A stretch of DNA of 64,000 nucleotides from Thermodesulfovibrionales bacterium (GCA_030682405.1 JAUXOF010000082.1:1211-65210), one strand, 5' to 3'; numbered from the stretch's first letter, positions 10,817 to 22,197 are shown. Numbers and translations: made by a program. The notes: generated by a model not told the origin, from the letters alone.

Positions 10817-10865
10817 TTTACCCTTTTATTAGCCGAATATGGAAGGTGTTCATTCGATCATCCCC

Positions 10866-12041
10866 TTATAATTCCATCCCCTTAATCCGGGCAACGTGCT
10901 CCACGTCCTTGTCCCCGCGGCCAGAGAGGTTTATGATTATGATTTTATCCTTCGGGAGCGCAGGGGCGAGCTTTGCCGCCTCTGCCACTGCATGGGCGGA
11001 CTCAAGAGCAGGGATTATGCCCTCTGTGCGGGATAAAAGCTCAAATGCAGAGAGGGCCTCGTCATCAGTGGCATATGTGTACCGCACCCTTCCCGTGTCT
11101 TTAAGATATGAATGCTCCGGCCCGACTGAGGCGTAATCAAGCCCTGCCGAGACCGAGTGCGTGCCGAGGACATTTCCGTCTGCGTCTTGAAGGAGATAGC
11201 TCTTTGTGCCCTGAAGCACGCCTACCGAGCCTCCGGCAAAGCGCGCCGCATGCTCGCCGCTTTCTATGCCCCTTCCTCCTGCCTCCACCCCTGTCATCTC
11301 AACGGCATCGTCCAAAAACTCGTAAAAAAGCCCTATGGAGTTGCTCCCGCCGCCAACGCAGGCTATGAGATAATCCGGAAGCCTGCCCTCTGCGCGGAAT
11401 ATCTGTTTTTTGGCCTCCCTGCCTATTACGGATTGAAAGTCCCTTACGAGGGACGGAAAAGGGTGGGGGCCAAAGACAGTGCCTAAAACATAGTGTGTGG
11501 TGCGGACATTTGTTGTCCAGTCGCGGAGGGCCTCGTTTATCGCATCCTTAAGCGTCCTTGAGCCTATGTCCACTTCCCTGACATCCGCGCCCAACAGCCT
11601 CATCCTGACGACATTCAGGGCCTGCCTCTTTACGTCCTCCGTACCCATGTATATGACGCACTCCAGCCCGCAAAGAGCGGCCCCTGTTGCAGTTGCAACG
11701 CCGTGCTGGCCCGCGCCTGTTTCGGCGATTATTCTTTTTTTGCCCATCTTTTTTGCAAGAAGGGACTGTCCGAGCGCGTTATTGATTTTATGAGCGCCTG
11801 TGTGCGCGAGGTCTTCGCGCTTAAGATATATCTTTGCCCCGGCCAAGTTCTCGGTAAGCCTTTTTGCGTGATAAAGCGGGGTGGGCCTTCCTATGTATGT
11901 CTTTTGGAGATGGGTAAGCTCCTCCTGAAAATCCTTGTCGCGCTTGGAGTTAAGATACGCCTCCTCAAGCTCCGCAAGTGCGGGCATGAGGGTCTCCGGC
12001 ACGAACCTGCCGCCGTACTGGCCGAAATAGCCTTTTTTCAT
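10866..12041 (-). CDS. trpB: Tryptophan synthase beta chain
   Basis: 391 aa. PLP-lysine region [24 protein letters not shown] loop. Confidence 0.92.
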   Translation of the reverse strand: MKKGYFGQYGGRFVPETLMPALAELEEAYLNSKRDKDFQEELTHLQKTYIGRPTPLYHAKRLTENLAGAKIYLKREDLAHTGAHKINNALGQSLLAKKMGKKRIIAETGAGQHGVATATGAALCGLECVIYMGTEDVKRQALNVVRMRLLGADVREVDIGSRTLKDAINEALRDWTTNVRTTHYVLGTVFGPHPFPSLVRDFQSVIGREAKKQIFRAEGRLPDYLIACVGGGSNSIGLFYEFLDDAVEMTGVEAGGRGIESGEHAARFAGGSVGVLQGTKSYLLQDADGNVLGTHSVSAGLDYASVGPEHSYLKDTGRVRYTYATDDEALSAFELLSRTEGIIPALESAHAVAEAAKLAPALPKDKIIIINLSGRGDKDVEHVARIKGMEL

Positions 12042-12123
12042 CTCCTACTCATCGGCTCAATTGTCAATTGCTGACAGGGTTTCTTTTAGATTGCTCATTT
12101 CATGCCCCTTTATTTCTTAAATC

Positions 12124-12363
12124 CTATTTCCTGAATTTTTTACTAATGCCTGTTATTGTTAACCCAACTACTTTTTTGCCTCGGAGTCTCAGAAATACAC
12201 CATTTTCTAATATATCCGTATCAGTTGCCCTTTGAGGACGCTCTAAACTAATATACAGGACATCAGCTTCTTCATCGAAATCAAACCACAGGTGTTTTGC
12301 ACCTACTTTTTTGATATGAGGCAATGCCTCAAATATCTCCTTTATTGCTGTGGTTGCTGCCAT
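12124..12363 (-). CDS. DUF2283-like small protein (putative antitoxin-like partner)
   Basis: 79 aa. Pattern DVLYISLERP...GLTI is typical of DUF2283. Overlaps the upstream 107-aa ORF. Confidence 0.55.
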   Translation of the reverse strand: MAATTAIKEIFEALPHIKKVGAKHLWFDFDEEADVLYISLERPQRATDTDILENGVFLRLRGKKVVGLTITGISKKFRK

Positions 12364-12665
12364 ACTATTTTCCTCCCTTTCGAAAGTTTCTTTATCTTTG
12401 TAGTGACAAACGCTGTGATAATGAAACCGTCTTTCTGTTCTTTCATCTCTTTATAAATTACAAGAAATGCCTTTCTTTGAGAGATAAGTTTTACCGCCCA
12501 GAGATCATCCACATCTCCTTCAATCACCCATGTAGGGCTTGAAACAGCCTCCAAAATATCATAATAGTATCCTGCCATATCATCGTGATTTTCTACAATA
12601 TGACGCCACCTTTCACCTGTTAAGCGAATCGGGACATTATTGACCGATAATGCAAAATCAGTCAT
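12342..12665 (-). CDS. Hypothetical protein, possible BECR-type toxin partner of the DUF2283 protein
   Basis: 107 aa. RWRHIVENHDDM histidine-rich segment. Gene-pair architecture only. Confidence 0.3.
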   Translation of the reverse strand: MTDFALSVNNVPIRLTGERWRHIVENHDDMAGYYYDILEAVSSPTWVIEGDVDDLWAVKLISQRKAFLVIYKEMKEQKDGFIITAFVTTKIKKLSKGRKIVWQQPQQ

Positions 12666-12671
12666 GTTATC

Positions 12672-12902
12672 TTACTTTCCCCTTCCGCAGTTACAGCTTT
12701 TTCCGTGGGTGCAGCCCTCAAACGGGTCTATGACGAGGCCGTGCGGTATGAACTCCCCGCACTTGCAGTCCCATCCCTTTTCAGTCTTTTTTGAGTCCTC
12801 AAGCTCCCTCCCGCAGATAGGGCAAAGAAGAGGGACATCTTCCGGAGAATTGGAGCGGGTCTTTTTGCTCATAAGTTTAGATATTATAACACGCCAAGGC
12901 AT
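12672..12902 (-). CDS. Small cysteine-rich zinc-ribbon protein
   Basis: CPICG ... CKCG ... CTHGKSCNCG cysteine clusters. The start may be the internal Met (MSKKTRS). Confidence 0.4.
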   Translation of the reverse strand: MPWRVIISKLMSKKTRSNSPEDVPLLCPICGRELEDSKKTEKGWDCKCGEFIPHGLVIDPFEGCTHGKSCNCGRGK

Positions 12903-12979
12903 GACCTCTATCCGATGAAACCGGGGATTGCCTATTTTTCAGAAATCTGATATTCTAATTTCAGAAAGGAGTTTTATAT

Positions 12980-13282
12980 ATGCCGTCGCTTAAGGAAAAG
13001 CCGTTGTCCGTCGAGATAAAGGCGAGGGGGCAGGTTACCATTCCAAAAAAGCTGAGGGACAGATTCCACCTGACCGAAGGCACGGAGCTTGCCATCATCC
13101 CGATAGGAGAAGCGCTGCTCCTTGCGTCAAGGCCGCTGCCTCTTGAAGAGGCCCGGAGGAGGCTTAAACAACTCATGAAGGACTCCGGCCTTACCCCTGA
13201 AGAACTCATGAGAGAGTTGTCAAGGGATAGGGAAAAGCTGGCCGCGGAACTTTACGGCAAAGGGCTTTACGGAAAGGGTTGA
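12980..13282 (+). CDS. AbrB/MazE/SpoVT-type antitoxin
   Basis: SpoVT-AbrB signature IKARGQVTIPKKLRDRFHLTEGTELAI. Stop overlaps the start of the PIN gene. Confidence 0.75.
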   Translation: MPSLKEKPLSVEIKARGQVTIPKKLRDRFHLTEGTELAIIPIGEALLLASRPLPLEEARRRLKQLMKDSGLTPEELMRELSRDREKLAAELYGKGLYGKG

Positions 13283-13737
13283 TGCCCCTCAAGGTATATC
13301 TCGACACGAACGTCATCATCTCCGGGCTGCTATCCGAGGAAGGCCCGCCGAGAATCATACTGGATATCCTTTCCCTCTCTCTCCCCGAGTTAAAGGGCGT
13401 GACAGGGGAATTCAACATGCTTGAGCTTAAGGCAAATATAAAGAAAAAACTGCCAAGGCTTGAGAAGCCCTTTTTTGATGCGGCAAAAAAGCTGAACCTT
13501 GAGATAGTCGGTCTTCCGGAAAGCGAGGCGGTAAGCAGGCTGAAAGAGATAATCGCTTTTAAAGACGCGCCTGTCTTGGCCTCGGCGCTTGGCGCGGGGT
13601 GCGATTACCTGATAACCGGGGACAAGCATTTTAGGGCCGAGGGAGTTAAAAAAGCCGGGCTTAAGATAAAAATCGTCTCCCCGGCAGAGTTCGTTGAGGA
13701 AGTGCTGCCGCGGGCGCTTAAAGCGGGGCTTGGTTAG
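13279..13737 (+). CDS. PIN-domain toxin (VapC-like)
   Basis: 152 aa. N-terminal VYLDTNVIISGL, C-terminal DYLITGDKHF. Coupled to the AbrB-type antitoxin. Confidence 0.75.
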   Translation: MMPLKVYLDTNVIISGLLSEEGPPRIILDILSLSLPELKGVTGEFNMLELKANIKKKLPRLEKPFFDAAKKLNLEIVGLPESEAVSRLKEIIAFKDAPVLASALGAGCDYLITGDKHFRAEGVKKAGLKIKIVSPAEFVEEVLPRALKAGLG

Positions 13738-13774
13738 TCAGGAAAGCAGGCGCAATAATATAATCCGCCCTACG

Positions 13775-16219
<2,445 letters not shown>

Positions 16220-16287
16220 TCACTCGTAAAAAATACTATGTTTATTATAACTTCACACGAATGATTTTTGTTGGCAATTTTTTCCTC

Positions 16288-16315
16288 TTGACAATCTTAT
16301 TATATTAAGTATAGT
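16288..16315 (+). promoter_or_regulatory. Near-consensus sigma70-type promoter (TTGACA-N16-TATAGT)
   Basis: TTGACA at 16288-16293 and TATAGT at 16310-16315, upstream of the small ORF and the 531-aa gene. Confidence 0.4.
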
Positions 16316-16442
16316 TTTAATAATGAAGCTATTGTTGCATTTATACCAGCTTCTGTTGTTGAGAGTTATTTCAGCCCCCCCTCTTGACTTAACTTTAAAT
16401 CGTTTGGTAGACTGTCCTAATTTTTTAACGAAAGGGGATCGT

Positions 16443-16607
16443 ATGAAAAAGAATGTGGCTACTTCTTTGAAAATCAAAGGGGGACCTTCAAGCCAATCGC
16501 GTAATCCCTTAAAGGGGCGCAAGACAAAGGATGAAACAAAGCTTCTGTCACTATTAACATCTTGGCATAATAATGCAAACAAGGAGAAATATCTTGTAGC
16601 ACGATAA
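16443..16607 (+). CDS. Small basic ORF (54 aa) with double-glycine-type N-terminus
   Basis: RBS GGGGA 5 nt before the ATG. MKKNVATSLKIKGG|PSSQSRNPLKGRKTKDETKLLSLLTSWHNNANKEKYLVAR. Ends 10 nt before the 531-aa ORF. Confidence 0.3.
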   Translation: MKKNVATSLKIKGGPSSQSRNPLKGRKTKDETKLLSLLTSWHNNANKEKYLVAR

Positions 16608-16617
16608 TAACTGCTTA

Positions 16618-18213
16618 ATGATAAAATTCCCCCTGCGCCAATGGATTCCACTGGAATCAACTTCTCTCTTTCAAATAATTGCTCAGTGCACACATGGTTC
16701 TAACCCGTTAAATAAGCGACCCTTCCACCGTCTTTGTTCTCTCATGAGAAAAATGGGCGCTCAAGCTCTATGGATTGAAAAAGTAAACCCGGCGAACAAT
16801 ACCGACATAGATTATGAGTTTACTTATTTAGGAAAGTTTTTTCCTTCGGTTAATGCAATGGCATACCGCCTTTTTTTTGTGAGAGAAGACATTTCCAAAC
16901 GAAAAAGTTTTGATTTTAATAATTTAACTTTTCTCTCTTGCTCTACCATTATAAACTATACCGCCGGAAGTATTAGTGATTCATATTTGCTCTACTCGAT
17001 TACTGCGACCCCTAAAAAACATAATTATATTCGCCATAGAAAGGGATTGCCTTTAATGAACTATTATTTTCACTCTGTTAAAGATTATCATTTTAATTTT
17101 CCGGCGCCAGATGGTGAAATTAAATTCACAATTCGCGGTGCGCCATTTTTTCAGAGAAATAACAAAACGGCGTTTTGTATGCAATCTGCTCTTGCTACTA
17201 TCCTGAACCATTTAAGTTCTTCTACTGAATTATTATTGCCCAATAAAATTAACACGCTTTGTGGGGGAAATATCGGCAAGGAATTGACATTGGATAAAAA
17301 AAATACTATAGACCTCATAAAAAAAATGGGCTTACACGCTAAACGTTTTGTTTTTAACCAAGAACAAACACAACAAGTCTTTGCAAAAATGCTCAACTTG
17401 CATGATTGCCCGCCTTCTTCTCTCCTTTATCCGTGGATGGAAAGTGGTTTTCCGGGGTTTATTATATTTTATCCTCCAAGCGTAAAAGGGACTGTTGACG
17501 ATGCCCTTCATGTTGTCCCAATAATTGGCCATACCTTAAACACTGACTCTTGGCAACCAGAAGCTGATATTAAATATAGGCGCAGGGTTCGTTTGCATTT
17601 CCGCCCCGTATCAGCGTGGGTAGATAATTTCATTATCCATGATGATAATTTCGGTATGTACCTTTGCTACCCAACTACCAAGCTGGCGGAAAAGAAAAGA
17701 GGTATTGGATATTTGGTTGATTTCGTTCTTTTCCTTACCAAAATGGATATCCCATATCCTCCCGATAAAACTGAAATCGAGCTGATTAGTTTAGTGCGTC
17801 GCTATTTAAAACCGACAGAGGATAATATTTGGATCAACCGATTGGTAGAGGAACCTACTCCACTCGTTTCGCGTACAGTTGCTGCAACAAAAGAAGAATT
17901 TATTCACAGCCTGAGTGATTATGACTCAGAAAAAAATAAAATCCCCCGAAATACAATAGGGCAAATTACCAGACATCTGCCAGAAAATTTTTGGTTAACG
18001 GAAATCACATTACCCGATCTATATATAGCAAATAAAACTGCTCTCATTAGCATTGTAAGCACCTTTGAGACCGGAAATATTTGTTTTATTCGACTCCCAC
18101 GTCTTTGTAGTTATATCAACGGAGGTGACGTTGTAGAGAGCGTGGACTTACCAACAAACGGTCATTATAAAATTTACACTAAAAAAAATGACAACGAAAC
18201 TTTTGATTGGTAA
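16618..18213 (+). CDS. Hypothetical 531-aa protein with candidate papain/C39-like cysteine peptidase core
   Basis: AT-rich, opposite strand to the flanking gyrB and dnaN. Ordered candidate catalytic motifs FFQRNNKTAFCMQSA (Q...C), ALHVVPIIGH (H), FIIHDDNFG (D/N). Confidence 0.45.
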   Translation: MIKFPLRQWIPLESTSLFQIIAQCTHGSNPLNKRPFHRLCSLMRKMGAQALWIEKVNPANNTDIDYEFTYLGKFFPSVNAMAYRLFFVREDISKRKSFDFNNLTFLSCSTIINYTAGSISDSYLLYSITATPKKHNYIRHRKGLPLMNYYFHSVKDYHFNFPAPDGEIKFTIRGAPFFQRNNKTAFCMQSALATILNHLSSSTELLLPNKINTLCGGNIGKELTLDKKNTIDLIKKMGLHAKRFVFNQEQTQQVFAKMLNLHDCPPSSLLYPWMESGFPGFIIFYPPSVKGTVDDALHVVPIIGHTLNTDSWQPEADIKYRRRVRLHFRPVSAWVDNFIIHDDNFGMYLCYPTTKLAEKKRGIGYLVDFVLFLTKMDIPYPPDKTEIELISLVRRYLKPTEDNIWINRLVEEPTPLVSRTVAATKEEFIHSLSDYDSEKNKIPRNTIGQITRHLPENFWLTEITLPDLYIANKTALISIVSTFETGNICFIRLPRLCSYINGGDVVESVDLPTNGHYKIYTKKNDNETFDW

Positions 18214-18299
18214 GAAACTTTCCCCCTCTTACCCCCAAAATATATTGTCGTTTACTTTTTTGAAATAAGTACTATCGCCTCTGAATCCTAAAGGCCTCC

Positions 18300-19400
18300 C
18301 TATATCCTCATGGGCATGATAACGCACCTGTAGTCCCCTGAATCGTCCTTTCTAAGGAGCGTGGGGCTTAGCTGGTCCTGAATCTCAAAGACGACCTTCT
18401 CCGTGGGTATTGCGCCGAGGGCGTCAAGGAGGTATCTTGCATTGAACCCTATGGTAACGGCCTCGCCGCCGTAGTCTATGGCGATTTCGTCCGTGGCCTC
18501 GCCGAGGTCCGGATTTGAGGAGGTAAAGGTTAGAACGCCGTTTGCTATGTCCGCCTTCACTGCGTTAGACCTGTCCCTGCTCATTATCGAGACCCTGCGG
18601 AGCGCCCTTATGAAACTTTCCCTGTCTATGGTGAGCTTCTTTTCATTGGCAGGCGGTATCACCTGCATGTAATTGGGGTATGTCCCCTCTATGAGCCTTG
18701 ATAGGAACTCAACCGCTCCGACCTTAAAGAGTATGTGGTTTTTCCCTATAAGCACAGAGACCTTCCCGTCTTTGTCGAGGAATTTCCTGAGTTCCGAGGC
18801 CGCCTTCCGGGGCAGTATCACCTTCTTTTCCTCTTTAAGGGCGGACGGCGCCTCCTTTGTGATTACGGCCAGCCTGTGGCCGTCCGTGCCAACGACGGTA
18901 AAGCTTTTATTATCGGGAGTTATATGAAGGAGGAGGCCGTTTAGGGTATATCTCGTATCAGACTCTCCTGCCGAATATATGGTCTTCTCTATCATCTCTG
19001 AGAGTTCTGAGGAGTTCATCTCGAACTCGTCCGCCTGCTCCATGGACGGCCATGCCGGGAAGTCTTCGGGTGAAAGACAGGCAAGCCTGAAGTTGCTTGC
19101 CCCGGCCCTGACCCGTATCCACTGCGGGTCGTCGGACTCTATTACGATGTCCCCTTCCACTTCCCTGACTATCTCAAAGAGCTTTCTTGCCGGTATGCAG
19201 AGCCTTCCTTCGTTGTCCGCGGTCAGGGCAAGGGGCTCCCTTATGGCGGTCTCAAGGTCCGTGGCCATGATATGCGCCTCCTCTTTCCCGGCCTCCAGAA
19301 GGAAATGGCTCAAGACGGGCATTGTGTTTCTCTTCTCCACGATATTCTGGATATCGGAAAGTTTCTCCAAAAGCTCCTGCTTTCCTGCTGTAAGCTTCAT
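18300..19400 (-). CDS. dnaN: DNA polymerase III beta sliding clamp
   Basis: 366 aa. Typical DnaN N-terminus (MKLTAGKQELLEKLSDIQNIVEKRNTMPVLSHFLLEA) and C-terminus (VIMPMRI). Confidence 0.95.
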   Translation of the reverse strand: MKLTAGKQELLEKLSDIQNIVEKRNTMPVLSHFLLEAGKEEAHIMATDLETAIREPLALTADNEGRLCIPARKLFEIVREVEGDIVIESDDPQWIRVRAGASNFRLACLSPEDFPAWPSMEQADEFEMNSSELSEMIEKTIYSAGESDTRYTLNGLLLHITPDNKSFTVVGTDGHRLAVITKEAPSALKEEKKVILPRKAASELRKFLDKDGKVSVLIGKNHILFKVGAVEFLSRLIEGTYPNYMQVIPPANEKKLTIDRESFIRALRRVSIMSRDRSNAVKADIANGVLTFTSSNPDLGEATDEIAIDYGGEAVTIGFNARYLLDALGAIPTEKVVFEIQDQLSPTLLRKDDSGDYRCVIMPMRI

Positions 19401-19408
19401 ACCCCCTC

Positions 19409-20758
19409 CTATGGCTTTAGTTTAATGATAAGGTTTTCTATCATCCTGTTGAAGTTTTCGTCCTGCGCCCTTTTGGCCTCCACCTGCTTGCATGCGTAGA
19501 TAACAGTGGCATGGTTCTTTCCGCCCACGCACCTGCCTATCTCGCTCAGGGAGGTCTCCGTAAGCTCCCTTGAAAGGTACATCGCCACCTGTCTGGGGAT
19601 TGCGATGTCCTTAGTGCGCCTCATTGCCCTCATGTCGGTCAGCTTCAGGCCGAAGTACTCGGCCACTGCTTTTGCTATGGCGTCTGCTGTCAGCGCCCTG
19701 TCGTCTTCCTGAATAAAATCCCTGAGTATTGATTTTGCGGCCGGCAGGTCCACAGGGCTTCCGGTCAGGGAGGAGTGGGCGCCGAGCCTGATGAGGCAGC
19801 CTTCAAGGTCCCTTATATTGGACTTCACCTTTGAGGCAAGGAAGTGCACGACATCCCCGGGCAGGGTTATGCGCTCCATCTCCGCCTTCTTCTCTATTAT
19901 CGCTATCTTTGTCTCTATGTCAGGGGGCTGGATGTCCGCTATAAGCCCCATGCCGAAGCGGGAGCGGAGCCTGTCGGTTATGGACTTTATCTCCTTCGGC
20001 GGCCTGTCGCTTGAAAGCACTATCTGCTTCTGCCTCTCGTAAAGCACGTTTAAGGTGTGGAATAGCTCCTCCTGAGTGGCCGTCTTGTTCTCAAGAAGCT
20101 GCACGTCGTCTATGAGGAGGAGGTCGAGGTTCCTGTATTTGCTTTTGAGTTCCTCTGTCTTTGAGTTCCTGAAGGCAAAAACGACCTCGCTCGTAAACTG
20201 CTCTGAGGAAACATAAAGGATATTGCAGTCCGGCCTCTTGTCTGCCACATAGTTGCCCACCGCGCTTATGAGATGGGTCTTCCCAAGCCCCACGCCTCCG
20301 TACACAAAAAGCGGGTTATAGGCAGAACCGGGGGAATCCGCAACCGCCCTTGCCGCGGCCTGAGCGAATTGATTGGAGGGGCCTGCGATGAAGTTCCCAA
20401 AGGTGTATTTCGGGTTCAGGTATATGCCCCTGCCTGCAAGCTTTGTCCTCCTGCTTTCAAGCCGGGCGTCCATCCTCTTTATCCCGGTGGCCTGCTTCTC
20501 CGCTATGTTGTACTTTACCGCCATGTTCATGTTCCGGCCCGCAGATTCGGGCATGAGGCTGCCTATGGTTTCGGATATGAGGGCAGGGTGATAGTCTTCT
20601 ATCCACTCCTTGAAAAACCTGTTAGGCACCTCTATCGTGGCCTGTCCCTCCTTTATCTGTATGAGCCTAATAGGCTTAAACCAGAGCTCGAAAGTGCTTG
20701 CGCCCACCTTCTCCTCTATAGCTGAAAGACTTTTCTGCCAGAGCTTTTCTTCTTCCAT
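19409..20758 (-). CDS. dnaA: Chromosomal replication initiator DnaA
   Basis: 449 aa. Walker A GGVGLGKTHL, DDVQ box, C-terminal DNA-binding signature (IAIPRQVAMYLSRELT). Confidence 0.95.
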   Translation of the reverse strand: MEEEKLWQKSLSAIEEKVGASTFELWFKPIRLIQIKEGQATIEVPNRFFKEWIEDYHPALISETIGSLMPESAGRNMNMAVKYNIAEKQATGIKRMDARLESRRTKLAGRGIYLNPKYTFGNFIAGPSNQFAQAAARAVADSPGSAYNPLFVYGGVGLGKTHLISAVGNYVADKRPDCNILYVSSEQFTSEVVFAFRNSKTEELKSKYRNLDLLLIDDVQLLENKTATQEELFHTLNVLYERQKQIVLSSDRPPKEIKSITDRLRSRFGMGLIADIQPPDIETKIAIIEKKAEMERITLPGDVVHFLASKVKSNIRDLEGCLIRLGAHSSLTGSPVDLPAAKSILRDFIQEDDRALTADAIAKAVAEYFGLKLTDMRAMRRTKDIAIPRQVAMYLSRELTETSLSEIGRCVGGKNHATVIYACKQVEAKRAQDENFNRMIENLIIKLKP

Positions 20759-21074
20759 TAGTCACTTACCAATAAGTTATAAACAATTGTTAGTATCTTC
20801 TCCGGCGGGTCGTTTATTTTTGCCGCCTTATTATAAGCTAATGTCAGCACCTATATCAAGAAACCTTTGTGATTTGTCCGTATCTAAAAACCGGCTATTT
20901 TCCCCACATATTTTTTAAAGCAAAACACTCTTATCCACAATTGATTCAAGCCTATAAACCCTCTGCCTGCGGCCTTCTTCAGGCCTTTTCACTTTTCAAC
21001 ATCCCTTTCTACTACTGTTTAAAGAATATTTAAATTAAAAATAGAATACAAACAGCGTTTAAGTAAAAAGTATA
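20759..21074. other. Candidate oriC (DnaA box plus AT-rich unwinding region)
   Basis: Perfect DnaA box TTATCCACA at 20931-20939. Degenerate boxes TTATAAACA (about 20775) and TTCCCCACA (about 20901). Strongly AT-rich stretch 21020-21074. Lies directly upstream of dnaA. Confidence 0.5.
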
Positions 21075-22197
21075 TTATTTTTTGCCCCCTACGGTCCCCT
21101 TAAGCGCCTCTTTAATGAAAACTCCTATGTTACCGCCAAGCACTGAGTCCACGTCCCCTACCTCAATCCCGGTCCTATGGTCTTTTACAAGCCTGTAGGG
21201 CTGAAGCACATACGAGCGTATCTGGCTTCCCCATGCAATGCCCTTCTTATCCCCGCCCGCGCCCTCAATCTTTTTTTCCTGAGCTCGAAGCCCTATGTCA
21301 TAGAGCCTTGCCCTTATTACCTTCAGGGCAACCTCCTTATTCCTGTGCTGGGAGCGCTCGTTTTGACAGGAGACTACAATGCCGGTGGGCAGATGGGTTA
21401 TCCGCACGGCAGAGGAGGTCTTATTCACATGCTGACCCCCGGCGCCGGAGGCCCTGAAGGTGTCAATTTTTAAATCGTCCTCTTTTAGGTCAACCTCCAC
21501 ATCGTCCTCTATCTCAGGGTAGACGATGACAGCGGAAAAGGAGGTGTGCCTCCTTTTATTGGCGTCAAAAGGGGATATCCTCACAAGCCTGTGCACACCG
21601 CTTTCTGTCCTAAGATGCCCGAAGGCGTAAAGGCCCCTTACCGTAAGGGTTACCCCTTTAATCCCGGCCTCATCCCCGGGCTGCATGTCCACAACCTGTG
21701 TTTCATAGCCGTTAGCCTCGGCCCACCTGAGGTACATCCTCAAGAGCATCTGCGCCCAGTCCTGACTCTCGGTGCCCCCTGCCCCCGGGTGTATGGTAAG
21801 AATCGCATTGCCCCTGTCAAACTCGCCTGAAAGGAGATATCGTATCTCAAGCTCGTCGAGAAGGGACTTGAGTTTTTTTATCCCGGCGGTGAGTTCCTCA
21901 AGGAACATCTCCCCTTCCTCTTCATCAAGCACGCCGACCGAGCCCTTAATGTAGGAAAGCCTGTCTGATGCCGTAGAGAGGGGATTAAGGACATCCTCGT
22001 AAGAGGACTTCTTTTTCCGCAGTTCCTGCATCCTCCGGGGGGACGACCATGTCTCCTCCATGGCAAGCTCCCCCTCGATGCCGGCTATTTCCCGCTTGAG
22101 CCTCTCCGTATCAAAGATAACCTCGGAGGTAGTCTATCTTTTCCTCCAAAAGGATGAGTTCCTTCTGTATATCCTCTTTAAGCACAGCACCCCCCAT
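21075..22197 (-). CDS. prfB: Peptide chain release factor 2, with programmed +1 frameshift
   Basis: Frame-0 leader MGGAVLKEDIQKELILLEEKIDYLRGYL ends at CTT TGA (TGA at 22111-22113). The +1 frame continues DTERLKREIAGIEGELAMEETW... into the 328-aa ORF, which contains SPF and GGQ motifs. Confidence 0.9.

Noticed and set aside
13279-13737. PIN-domain protein considered as a possible HARP (protein-only RNase P), given the missing rnpA.
   Set aside because: It is translationally coupled to an AbrB-type antitoxin and has the size and termini of VapC-like TA toxins. Nothing links it to tRNA processing.
16253-16693. 146-aa minus-strand ORF upstream of gyrB.
   Set aside because: It lies antisense to the promoter, the small ORF and the start of the 531-aa gene. 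Its composition-driven translation has no motif. The plus-strand interpretation has a consensus promoter and an RBS.
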